Shown here piece after piece: positions 18,879-26,314 of a DNA stretch of 27,589 nucleotides. Below the pieces are notes generated by a model. That model did not search any database, had not been told where the DNA came from, and saw nothing but the letters and a program-made list of their open reading frames with translations. This stretch comes from Candidatus Hadarchaeia archaeon. GTDB lineage: Archaea; Hadarchaeota; Hadarchaeia; Hadarchaeales; Hadarchaeaceae. The position numbers and the translations under genes are program-made. The stretch's first letter is position 1, and every line of letters begins with the position of its first letter. The stretch lies in NCBI GenBank assembly GCA_041490225.1, contig JBGPSS010000001.1, positions 1 to 27,589 of the forward strand. The letters are read 5' to 3'.

Positions 18879-21800
18879 TCATGCTCTGTCCCTCAGCTTG
18901 AGCCGAGGCGCCATGCACATCGACTGCAGCTCGTCCAGCAACAATTTGAAAGCGTACGACATCTCGACAGGATTGATGTCCGACTCCTCATCGCAGAGCG
19001 GGCAATACATTCGATCACGCCGTCTATCGTGGACGGCTAAACTTCCACACTTGCCACAAACCGACGCGGTATATTTGTCGGACCCTTCCAACAAACGCTC
19101 CTTCAACAACATCGCCGCACCATGCCCTATCAAACAGTCGCGCTCCATCTCACCGAAACGTAAACCACCCTCGCGCGCCCTGCCTTCAGTTGGCTGGCGC
19201 GTAAGAACCTGCACAGGGCCGCGAGCTCTAGCATGAATCTTATCGGCCGCCATGTGGTGCAATTTCTGATAGTAACATACGCCGATGAAAATATCCGCTG
19301 GGATTATCTCGCCAGTTGTCCCGTTGTACATCACTTCTCTACCGGTGTGTTTGAACCCATATTTTTGTAGGGCCTCTCGCAACTGCTGCTCCCGAGTTCC
19401 ACTGAACGGTGTGCCATCGACGCGTTGCCCACTCATCGATCCGACTTTGCCAGCTATCATCTCCAGCAGTTGCCCGACCGACATTCTCGAAGGAATTGCG
19501 TGGGGATTGATTATCACATCAGGAACAATCCCTTCTTCTGTGAACGGCATGTCCGCTGCATCGAGTATTATACCAATTACTCCTTTCTGACCATGCCTCG
19601 ATGCCAGCTTATCCCCCACCTCCGGAATCCGCAAGTCCCGTACGCTGATTCTAGCGAGCTTGTTTCCATCTACGGTCCTAGTCATAAGAACCATGTCGAC
19701 GATGCCTTCTTCACTTGGCCTAACCCTTATGGAACTTTCACGACGTCCATGTTCGGCAGCGATTCCAAATTCATCGACTTCTTCCAAGAACCTCGGCGGA
19801 CTCGTTTTACCTACCAAAACGTCCTCGCCGCGCACTTCCGCCTCGACTGCCGTCAATCCATCCTCGCCGAGGTTTCGGTACAAGCTAGCATCCGCGTAAC
19901 CTCTAATCTCCTCCTTGGGTATCTCGAACTTATCCTCCTGACCGCCGGGATAACGTCCCTCCTCAGCTTCGTAAAGCCTAAAAAATGTAGAGCGCCCTAA
20001 GCCTCGATCTATAGATTGTTTGTTGACCACCAATGCATCTTCCATGTTGTAGCCACCATACGTAGCAATCGCCACCACAAAGTTCTGCCCAGCTGGTCGC
20101 CTATCGAACCCAACAGTGCTCATGATCTTTGTCAAGACAAGCGATGTCTGAGGATAGTGGAAGAAGTGGCCGCGGGTATCGACACGCTTCTGAAAGTTAA
20201 TGGAAGCGACACCAAGGGCCTGCTTCGCCATGTTCGCGCCGTATGTATTGCGCGGCGATTGATTGTGCTCAGCGTACGGTACTAATGCTCCGCTTATCCC
20301 CAAAATTGAAAGTGGATGGAGCTCCAGATGTGTGTGCTCTGGGGTCAGCTCCTCGAGGGTGACTGCGATATATAAGTTTTCTTCCTCCTCGGCATCTAAA
20401 TATTCGATCACACCCAAGTGGATTAAATCCGACCAGCTGAGGTCAGCTGCCTTTGCTTTTTTGATGTGTTCGTCGGTCAAAAGCGGCTTTCCACCCTCGA
20501 CAACTATCAGAGGCCTGCGCACCCTGCCAGAATCTGTATTTACCGTCACCTCGTTCGTGTCCTCATGATATGAAATGTTCACTTGCTCATTCAAGGCTCC
20601 CTTACGACGTTGCTGCCTGAGCTTTTCGACAAGTATCTTCCCATCTTCAGTTACCCCGATCAAACGTCCATTTATGAATACGCTCGCCTTGCCTCGGCGC
20701 TCACCTCCCTTCAAGACTTTGACTCCCAATTTTCCAATCAAACGCTCCACTTTTTCCTCATCGGTACCAGTAGAAATCCCAGCCGTCAGCGCTAGGTTTT
20801 TGACGAGCCCGCAGTTTGGCCCCTCTGGAGTTTCAACTGGGCATATTTTTCCCCAGTGAGTGGAATGCAAGTCTCTGGCCTCGAAATGCGGCTGACTGCG
20901 ACTTAGAGGAGAAACTATGCGACGCAGGTGAGACACCATCGCCATGAAATTAATGCGATCCAAAAGCTGGCTGACGCCCGTCCTCCCACCTGGCCAATTG
21001 CCGGTCGCCAACGCATGTCTGATGCGCTCAGTGAGCACGTCGGCGCGAGCCGCTGTTTTTACGTTGAGTTCACGGCCCCGCGTGTGTGCTCGCTCAAGCT
21101 GATATTTTATATCTCTCGTGAGGTTGATGAATGCAAGCCTGAACACATTTTCGAGCAGATCGCCGGCGAGTTTCAGACGTTTCTTAGCATAGTGATCTTT
21201 ATCGTCGACATCTCGCCTCCTCATCGAGAGTTCTATCACTCGTTCCGCCATGCGCCCAAGGTAATGCGCCTTTCGGATGCGATCAGCAGAGGTCGAGCCG
21301 ATATGAGGGAGCAAGTATCTATCCAAAACTTCCTGCGCTCGCTGCAATCTGTAATCTCTTGTCTGTCCGATCGCGACCCTCTTTCCAATTATATCGAGAG
21401 CATCTGCCTTCGTCTTTACCTCCGCTGCCTCCTGCAGATTCTCAAACAATTCTTTGACTATTTCAGGATCGTCCGATACTGCCTCGACAATATCCTTGTC
21501 GCTCTCGACACTAAGAGCCCGCATCAAGACAGCGAAGGACAAGTGCCCAGGTACGGCTGGGAATGATACTTCTATGATACAATCCTTTTTGCGCTCCACT
21601 ATCACGAGGGCTCTGAACCCGCGGTGCGTGGAGAAGACCTTCGCTACCTCCGTGCCCATGCGCTCATCGCGCTCTACGAGAATATCGTTGGAAGCCAAGT
21701 CCTCCTGTGTAACTATCACGCGCTCGGAGCCGTTGACGATGAAATATCCACCTGGGTCTAGAGGATCCTCATTCGCTTCGATTAAATCCTCCTCCTTCAT

Positions 21801-22184
21801 GTTTCGTAGCCTACAGAGCTTGGATTTCAACATCACCGGCATCTCGCCTATGTAGACCTCCACGGACTTGCGCTGCTGCCCACGCTCGAGCTGTATCATC
21901 TCCAAGTAGATCGGCGCAGAATAGGAAAGGTTACGGAGTCTAGCTTCGTTTGGCAAGATGTGCGAGGTTGAACCATCCGCTTCACGAACCTGCGGACCAT
22001 GAGGGCCAACCCTTATCTTTCCGAACTTGACCTCAGCACCCTCTATCTCCAAATCTATCTTGCCTATCTCATTGATTATCCTTTGCAACTCATGCTCGAT
22101 GAAATTATCGTAAGAATCTAAATGTTGTCTGACTAAACCTTTCTCTTTAAAAAAAGCTTCAAGGAGTGGCCATGTATCTTCCAA
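18879..22184 (-). CDS. rpoB: RNA polymerase subunit B (Rpo2), undivided
   Basis: 1101 aa in a single ORF: [57 protein letters not shown]-terminal Zn ribbon. TTG start. Confidence 0.99.
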   Translation of the reverse strand: MEDTWPLLEAFFKEKGLVRQHLDSYDNFIEHELQRIINEIGKIDLEIEGAEVKFGKIRVGPHGPQVREADGSTSHILPNEARLRNLSYSAPIYLEMIQLERGQQRKSVEVYIGEMPVMLKSKLCRLRNMKEEDLIEANEDPLDPGGYFIVNGSERVIVTQEDLASNDILVERDERMGTEVAKVFSTHRGFRALVIVERKKDCIIEVSFPAVPGHLSFAVLMRALSVESDKDIVEAVSDDPEIVKELFENLQEAAEVKTKADALDIIGKRVAIGQTRDYRLQRAQEVLDRYLLPHIGSTSADRIRKAHYLGRMAERVIELSMRRRDVDDKDHYAKKRLKLAGDLLENVFRLAFINLTRDIKYQLERAHTRGRELNVKTAARADVLTERIRHALATGNWPGGRTGVSQLLDRINFMAMVSHLRRIVSPLSRSQPHFEARDLHSTHWGKICPVETPEGPNCGLVKNLALTAGISTGTDEEKVERLIGKLGVKVLKGGERRGKASVFINGRLIGVTEDGKILVEKLRQQRRKGALNEQVNISYHEDTNEVTVNTDSGRVRRPLIVVEGGKPLLTDEHIKKAKAADLSWSDLIHLGVIEYLDAEEEENLYIAVTLEELTPEHTHLELHPLSILGISGALVPYAEHNQSPRNTYGANMAKQALGVASINFQKRVDTRGHFFHYPQTSLVLTKIMSTVGFDRRPAGQNFVVAIATYGGYNMEDALVVNKQSIDRGLGRSTFFRLYEAEEGRYPGGQEDKFEIPKEEIRGYADASLYRNLGEDGLTAVEAEVRGEDVLVGKTSPPRFLEEVDEFGIAAEHGRRESSIRVRPSEEGIVDMVLMTRTVDGNKLARISVRDLRIPEVGDKLASRHGQKGVIGIILDAADMPFTEEGIVPDVIINPHAIPSRMSVGQLLEMIAGKVGSMSGQRVDGTPFSGTREQQLREALQKYGFKHTGREVMYNGTTGEIIPADIFIGVCYYQKLHHMAADKIHARARGPVQVLTRQPTEGRAREGGLRFGEMERDCLIGHGAAMLLKERLLEGSDKYTASVCGKCGSLAVHDRRRDRMYCPLCDEESDINPVEMSYAFKLLLDELQSMCMAPRLKLRDRA

Positions 22185-22196
22185 TCAATCGTCCCC

Positions 22197-22436
22197 TTAT
22201 CCCTCTACCACATGGCGGTAGGCTATCGCCCTGCCCGCCGTCTGACTATCACGAGTTATCTTCAAAATATCCCCTGGCTTCGCTCCTATCGCCGTTGCAA
22301 CTGGGTCAGAATTTTTGATCAAAGGCAGTTGATGTGGCGTAACCTTGAATTGATCTAGAACGACCTTCGCCTGCTCAGCTGACAATATTTCGTGCTTCGG
22401 CACGAGCACATGCTTTCTAACGTCAAATTCGACCAC
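22197..22436 (-). CDS. rpoH: RNA polymerase subunit H (Rpo5)
   Basis: HVLVPKHEILS...QLPLIKNSDPV...GAKPGDILKITRDS.TAG...YRHVV. Confidence 0.98.
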   Translation of the reverse strand: MVEFDVRKHVLVPKHEILSAEQAKVVLDQFKVTPHQLPLIKNSDPVATAIGAKPGDILKITRDSQTAGRAIAYRHVVEG

Positions 22437-22474
22437 CGCTACCCTCCAAGGTTTCAGCCGCGCCCGCCGCCTAA

Positions 22475-22549
22475 CGGGCCCGGCGGGATTCGAACCCGCG
22501 ACACCCGGCTTAAAAGGCCGGTGCGCTGACCAGGCTGCGCTACGGGCCC
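22475..22549 (-). tRNA. tRNA-Lys(TTT), no intron, CCA not encoded
   Basis: GGGCCCG/CGGGCCC acceptor stem, anticodon arm CCGGC-CTTTTAA-GCCGG, T arm GCGGG-TTCGAAT-CCCGC. Confidence 0.97.
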
Positions 22550-22584
22550 CCCACCGGTGGAAAACGCGGCTGAAAATTTTAGTA

Positions 22585-22598
22585 TATTTATATCTTTT
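22585..22598 (-). promoter_or_regulatory. BRE + TATA box for the tRNA-Lys-rpoH operon
   Basis: Minus strand AAAAGA-TATAAATA, about 35 nt upstream of tRNA-Lys. Confidence 0.7.
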
Positions 22599-22646
22599 GC
22601 CATTTTAAATTGACGAAGGTGCTTTTAAGGCTTTCGAAAATTGGTT

Positions 22647-22692
22647 CTGTTGCATCATCGGGACTCGTTTTTCACTGTTGCAATTCGGGACT
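22647..22692 (+). repeat. Imperfect tandem direct repeat CTGTTGCA-N2-3-TCGGGACT (2 copies)
   Basis: 22647-22665 CTGTTGCATCATCGGGACT and 22675-22692 CTGTTGCAATTCGGGACT, lying between a TTTTAAG box (22623-22629) and the SD of the 48-aa ORF. Confidence 0.7.
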
Positions 22693-22711
22693 TTGAGGGG
22701 GGTGATTTGAT

Positions 22712-22858
22712 ATGATAAGTATTTCAGATATATTGTTGGTGCTACTCCCAATGGCACTTGGCGCATCTGCGACGCTGATCGGGCTATGGGAACTTGAACC
22801 AAAGAAATTTATGGAGTTGATAAAAGCGATAAGAACATTTAAGAAAACCCAAAAATGA
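22712..22858 (+). CDS. 48-aa membrane microprotein (N-terminal TM helix + basic amphipathic helix)
   Basis: Translated by hand: MISISDILLVLLPMALGASATLIGLWELEPKKFMELIKAIRTFKKTQK*. Strong GAGGGGGGTGA SD 6 nt before the ATG, with a TATA-like TTTTAAG upstream. Confidence 0.65.
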   Translation: MISISDILLVLLPMALGASATLIGLWELEPKKFMELIKAIRTFKKTQK

Positions 22859-22945
22859 GAGATTGTCGTCAACGCTTATACCTCCAGAGATAAGCATTCT
22901 TTTGGGGGTGAAAACACGAGTAATGGAAGTTCCGTGACGGGCTTG

Positions 22946-23098
22946 ATGAGTTCTTTACTTGGTGGTATCGCCGCTATGCTAATCGGAGGGGCTTTGACTG
23001 CTGACCCGACAGATTACATAAAACTTACTGGAGTTGTGGTGTTCATATTCGGAATTTTGATTTTAGCGATGGGCATTATTGGCGCGGCTAGGGGATAA
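22946..23098 (+). CDS. ~50-aa two-TM hairpin membrane microprotein (start uncertain: ATG 22946 or GTG 22934)
   Basis: MSSLLGGIAAMLIGGALTADPTDYIKLTGVVVFIFGILILAMGIIGAARG*. Two clear hydrophobic segments; same reading frame as the upstream ORF. Confidence 0.55.
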   Translation: MSSLLGGIAAMLIGGALTADPTDYIKLTGVVVFIFGILILAMGIIGAARG

Positions 23099-23216
23099 CC
23101 AAAGATTAAACATAATTTAAAATCAGAGCAGAGGCATACATACGTGGCTTTGCACATTAATTCGATAAAAATTTTGGATCAAGGCATGATTATATTAATT
23201 ATTATCAAAAATAGCC

Positions 23217-24230
23217 TCACACTACCACTGTGATTTCAGGGGTTTGCACAGCAATCGTTCTGTTCATTTCTCCTATATTCCAGCCTTCGATTGTTGTTTC
23301 ACAAGGATAGTAATTTTCGCCATTTATTGTGTAAACCTTCCACACTGCATTATAGTAGAGTGCCTCGGGATTTGTATAGGGTGGTGAACTATCCAAATGT
23401 ATGCCCACCAACATATGATTAGAAACTCTGTAAAAATTATCTGGAGCGAATTCTAATAAACAAACTTCGTATCCCTCCGCTTTCATAAGAGATGCGTAAA
23501 GTATTGACTTGCTGGAACACATCCCGTTATTCAAAAGGGTTTCAATAGGGTACTGCCAATTTTCGTGGATTTTGTATGGTATAGCTTGAACAAAGGTTAG
23601 CACAAAATATGGAAATTCGTACGGTTCTGCAAAGGGATACACGGTTTGATACTCTAACTTTAAATGGTTTGCCAATTCCGCTATCTTTTCATCTTCTGGT
23701 GTGACAAACTTCAAAACAGATTCCCCCTGCCAACGGACATGGGAAAGATTTTGGTATGATTGTAGCTCCCCAATAATTACAACATTTTCATACCACGTTC
23801 TTCTTTGGTACGCACAATGAGATTCGTACCATTCGCTTTTAGATATCCAATGAAATTGACGCATTTCGGAAACTGAAACGGTTTTATAACAAGTATTCGT
23901 TGCTCCATTACTATCGGTTACCGTAAGTCCGATTGTGTAAATTTCTGCCGAATGGTAGATATGGCAAATGTTTTCGGCTATTGATATTTCTTCATCACCA
24001 AATTCCCATCGCGTACTTTGTATTGTGCCACCATTACTGACCGAAAGATTTGTAAACTGGACGGTGTCACCAACCCACACATTTTCAGATAAAACACTAA
24101 AATCGGCCTCGGGTGGTGAATTGGTGCTCTTATCGCTAAACAGACCTGATTTTAATACAACTACTCCTGCGAAAAGCCCCGCTAATACTAAGCAACCCAA
24201 TACTGCAACATATATTTTTGGTTTATTCAT
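23217..24230 (-). CDS. Membrane-anchored PKD-domain + transglutaminase-like (Cys-His-Glu) surface protein
   Basis: N-terminal TM (KIYVAVLGCLVLAGLFAGVVVL). PKD domain (PPEADFSV..VGDTVQFTNLS..WEFGDE..YTIGLTVTDSNG). C-terminal FVQAIPY..YPIETL..GMCSSKSILYASL..NHMLVGI..YYPCETT. ATG 24230 preferred to GTG 24320. Confidence 0.85.
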   Translation of the reverse strand: MNKPKIYVAVLGCLVLAGLFAGVVVLKSGLFSDKSTNSPPEADFSVLSENVWVGDTVQFTNLSVSNGGTIQSTRWEFGDEEISIAENICHIYHSAEIYTIGLTVTDSNGATNTCYKTVSVSEMRQFHWISKSEWYESHCAYQRRTWYENVVIIGELQSYQNLSHVRWQGESVLKFVTPEDEKIAELANHLKLEYQTVYPFAEPYEFPYFVLTFVQAIPYKIHENWQYPIETLLNNGMCSSKSILYASLMKAEGYEVCLLEFAPDNFYRVSNHMLVGIHLDSSPPYTNPEALYYNAVWKVYTINGENYYPCETTIEGWNIGEMNRTIAVQTPEITVVV

Positions 24231-24377
24231 TTTATTGTCCGAATGGCAATTTAGTTTGAGGATATTAAACAATCGCGTTGCACGTTTGATTTTGCACTTT
24301 GCTCTATCAGCGACAACCAACGGTTCTTACCAAATCATAAAAGAGGGTACTGTTAACTTATTTGATCTAACAGAAGG

Positions 24378-24469
24378 CGCCCCGGTCGGGATTTGAACCC
24401 GAGGCGTGGCCTATCTGTGGCCAACACCACGACAGGGCCACATGTTAGACCGGGCTACACCACCGGGGC
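24378..24469 (-). tRNA. tRNA-Asp(GTC) with 17-nt canonical intron
   Basis: GCCCCGG/CCGGGGC acceptor stem, G73, anticodon arm TGGCC-CTGTCG[intron]A-GGCCA, T arm TCGGG-TTCAAAT-CCCGA. Confidence 0.96.
24413..24429 (-). other. tRNA-Asp intron at 37/38, strict bulge-helix-bulge
   Basis: Intron TGGTGTTGGCCACAGAT. Central helix CTGT/ACAG is perfect, bulges are CGT and ATA, and the outer helix is GGT/GCC. Confidence 0.92.
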
Positions 24470-24513
24470 TCCAATAAAAATTATTGCCCTCTACAATTAA
24501 ACGTTACCAAAAG

Positions 24514-24637
24514 TGGTTGGCAGCGTCTTGGGGTTCCCGCCGGCTCTCGCACGGCAGTACAGCCCAAATCGCTGGCGGGCTTGACTTCCGGGATCGGACG
24601 GGACCGGGTATTTCCCCGCCGCTGTGGCCGCCAACCA
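24514..24637 (-). rRNA. rrf: 5S rRNA, unlinked to 16S/23S
   Basis: 124 nt. Helix I TGGTTGGC/GCCAACCA; GGCCACAGCGGCGGGGAAATACCCGG...CCGGAAGTCAAGCCCGCCAGCG; GTAC loop E strand; GAGA tetraloop. Closely resembles Thermococcales-type 5S as recalled. Confidence 0.96.
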
Positions 24638-24656
24638 TATAATTCTTGTTCGCTTG

Positions 24657-24665
24657 TTTTAAAAA
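24657..24665 (-). promoter_or_regulatory. Possible dedicated TATA box for 5S rRNA
   Basis: Minus strand TTTTTAAAA centred about 24 nt upstream of the mature 5S 5' end. Confidence 0.45.
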
Positions 24666-24675
24666 GCTTGTCAAG

Positions 24676-24765
24676 TGGTCCCGCGGGGGAGATTTGAACT
24701 CCCAACATGTCGGTTTCGGCTTGGGTCTACAGCCGACCACTCTAACCAGGTTGAGTTACCGCGGG
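24676..24765 (-). tRNA. tRNA-Tyr(GTA) with 12-nt intron, CCA encoded
   Basis: C1:G72 acceptor stem CCCGCGG/CCGCGGG, A73-CCA, anticodon arm GTCGG-CTGTAG[12 nt]A-CCGAC, T arm GGGAG-TTCAAAT-CTCCC. Confidence 0.95.
24715..24726 (-). other. tRNA-Tyr intron (probably 37/38), relaxed bulge-helix-loop motif
   Basis: Intron ACCCAAGCCGAA. C32 pairs with the antepenultimate intron G, the central helix has one mismatch, and there is no outer helix. The exact register is ambiguous because the flanking A/C bases are redundant. Confidence 0.75.
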
Positions 24766-24790
24766 ACCAAATAAAATTTGGATTTTCGAA

Positions 24791-24800
24791 CTCTTAAATC
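24791..24800 (-). promoter_or_regulatory. TATA box for tRNA-Tyr
   Basis: Minus strand GATTTAAGAG about 28 nt upstream of tRNA C1. Confidence 0.55.
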
Positions 24801-24801
24801 T

Positions 24802-25905
24802 TCAGAGGAACTCGTGCAGCCGACGGACTGCCTCGAGTCGCTCGTGATGTTCTAGCCTTGCTTCGTTCAGCGCATCTTCTAAAATTTCAGTCGTTTTCTG
24901 ATAAGTTCTTCTATCGACCGGGAACGGGATACCGTCCTTTCCCCCATGCGCGAATGAAAATCGTGCGGGATCTTTCCATGATGGGGACTTTCCATAAATA
25001 AGATCGGAGACCAATGCCAGCGCTCGGATGGCCTTGGGCCCAACACCCCGAATCGCCACCAGCTCCTCGTAGTTCTCGGGCTGGAGTTCGTAAGCCCTGC
25101 GAAGCGACACCATAGTTCGCTTGGTCAACTCAATTGTGTGTTGTGTCGGCATCACGAGTTTCAGCACTTCTAGCGAGCGCTCGAGGTACTCGTCCAGCAC
25201 ACGTTGATCAGCATCTCGAACGCAACTCATCAAATGCTCAGGCTTATCACGAACTAAATCAACACTCGTTTTTCTTGCTTCCTCGCTATCGCGCGCGGTC
25301 ATGTCCAGCACAACATCTTCTCTGCGATCTCCGGCGATACCAGAATGAGGCTCCTCGACGAAACTACGAACGCCGCTCGAGAGCCAATGGTAGCGACGGG
25401 CCAGCCGCTCATGCATCCCCTGCTGTACCACGGCCCAGTCCCCATCCTCGCTGAGCACGAAGCAGTGGTGGTAGAGCTGGTAACCATCCTGGACGCAAGC
25501 GTTGTCGACCTTGGCAGACATTTTGCTCGCATATTTTAACTCATCGATTTTTTTCTCACTTAAGGAAAATTCATCTGCGATCTCCTCAATTTCGTGAGGC
25601 GCCTTTTTTGATACTCTACCCTTGCCACCGCATACCGCGATGCCAAGCTCCTCGGGTTTTAGGGCCTCCTTCAAGGCGCCACACACGGTAGTTGTCAGAC
25701 CCGATGAATGCCAATCGAACCCCAGCACACACCCAAGGGCTTGAAAGAAGAAAGGATCGCTCATCCTCCTGATGAATTCTTGTCTCCCATATTCGTGCAC
25801 GATGACCTCTGTTATGGCCCCGCCCAAACGCTTCATCCTTACAAATAACCATGGTGGGCATTTCCCAGGATGCAATGGTAGCTCAGCTATCCCCGTCCTC
25901 TTCAA
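24802..25905 (-). CDS. DUF763-family protein with C-terminal helix-hairpin-helix
   Basis: (M)KRTGIAELPLHPGKCPPWLF.RM..LG...SDPFFFQALGCVLGFDWHSSGLTT...QDGYQLYHH...W.VVQQGM...RRYHW...RGVGPKAIRALAL...FSFAHGGKDG.PFPVDR. TTG 25905 behind GGTGA preferred to GTG 25965. Confidence 0.92.
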   Translation of the reverse strand: MKRTGIAELPLHPGKCPPWLFVRMKRLGGAITEVIVHEYGRQEFIRRMSDPFFFQALGCVLGFDWHSSGLTTTVCGALKEALKPEELGIAVCGGKGRVSKKAPHEIEEIADEFSLSEKKIDELKYASKMSAKVDNACVQDGYQLYHHCFVLSEDGDWAVVQQGMHERLARRYHWLSSGVRSFVEEPHSGIAGDRREDVVLDMTARDSEEARKTSVDLVRDKPEHLMSCVRDADQRVLDEYLERSLEVLKLVMPTQHTIELTKRTMVSLRRAYELQPENYEELVAIRGVGPKAIRALALVSDLIYGKSPSWKDPARFSFAHGGKDGIPFPVDRRTYQKTTEILEDALNEARLEHHERLEAVRRLHEFL

Positions 25906-26068
25906 TCGATCACCAATTACTTCGTAATAGTTGTTTTTTAAGGGTCTTTTCGAGGGAGAGGTCACCGAAAGTATTCATCGCTACGCTCTCAAATCAGTCG
26001 AACTCTAACCACAAGTAACCCAAATCGAAGTTTAGAAATGATAGAAAATGCGGGTTGTCCGCTGCTAG

Positions 26069-26287
26069 TCACTTCATCGCGTAGTAGCCCGCTGCCTTCT
26101 CTCGTGCCACGCGCTTCGCATAGCCCTTCGCCACGAGCTCCTGCAACGCGTTGTTCGACATGCCCTTTGGCAGGCCGCTCGCGCGCATGATGTCATCGGC
26201 CGTCTTGACTGCGCTATCGCTGGTGGCCCCGAGCTTCTTCATTGCGTCGTAGACCTTTTTGGCGTTGGGCGTCAGATCCGTAGTCAT
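26069..26287 (-). CDS. Small basic winged helix-turn-helix protein
   Basis: 72 aa, AGAGGTGA SD. LTPNAKKVYDAMKKLGA...TADDIMRASGLPKGMSNNALQELVAKGYAKRV fits a wHTH pattern. Confidence 0.88.
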   Translation of the reverse strand: MTTDLTPNAKKVYDAMKKLGATSDSAVKTADDIMRASGLPKGMSNNALQELVAKGYAKRVAREKAAGYYAMK

Positions 26288-26314
26288 TTTTTCACCTCTG
26301 TTTACTGATTTGAA

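Noticed and set aside
22551-22560. Perfect 10-bp palindrome CCACCGGTGG just upstream of tRNA-Lys
   Set aside because: A single short GC-rich palindrome is expected by chance and has no supporting context.
22684-22696. Possible attR remnant (TCGGGACTTTGA vs tRNA-Asp T-arm TCGGGATTTGA)
   Set aside because: Too short and gapped, explained by the local direct repeat, and no integrase is present.
22856-22858. Selenocysteine recoding of the in-frame TGA
   Set aside because: The context is not redox-like (KTQK*EIV) and no SECIS-like hairpin was recognised downstream.
22605-22872. Minus-strand ORFs 22605..22802 and 22672..22872
   Set aside because: No SD or recognisable features. The plus-strand 48-aa ORF in the same region has a strong SD and a TM helix.
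24481-24740. Two short minus-strand ORFs (75 and 78 aa)
   Set aside because: They overlap the 5S rRNA and tRNA-Tyr genes.
26069-26287. Z-alpha (Z-DNA-binding) domain
   Set aside because: The fold is similar, but the Tyr of the recognition helix and the wing Pro-Pro/Trp residues are absent.
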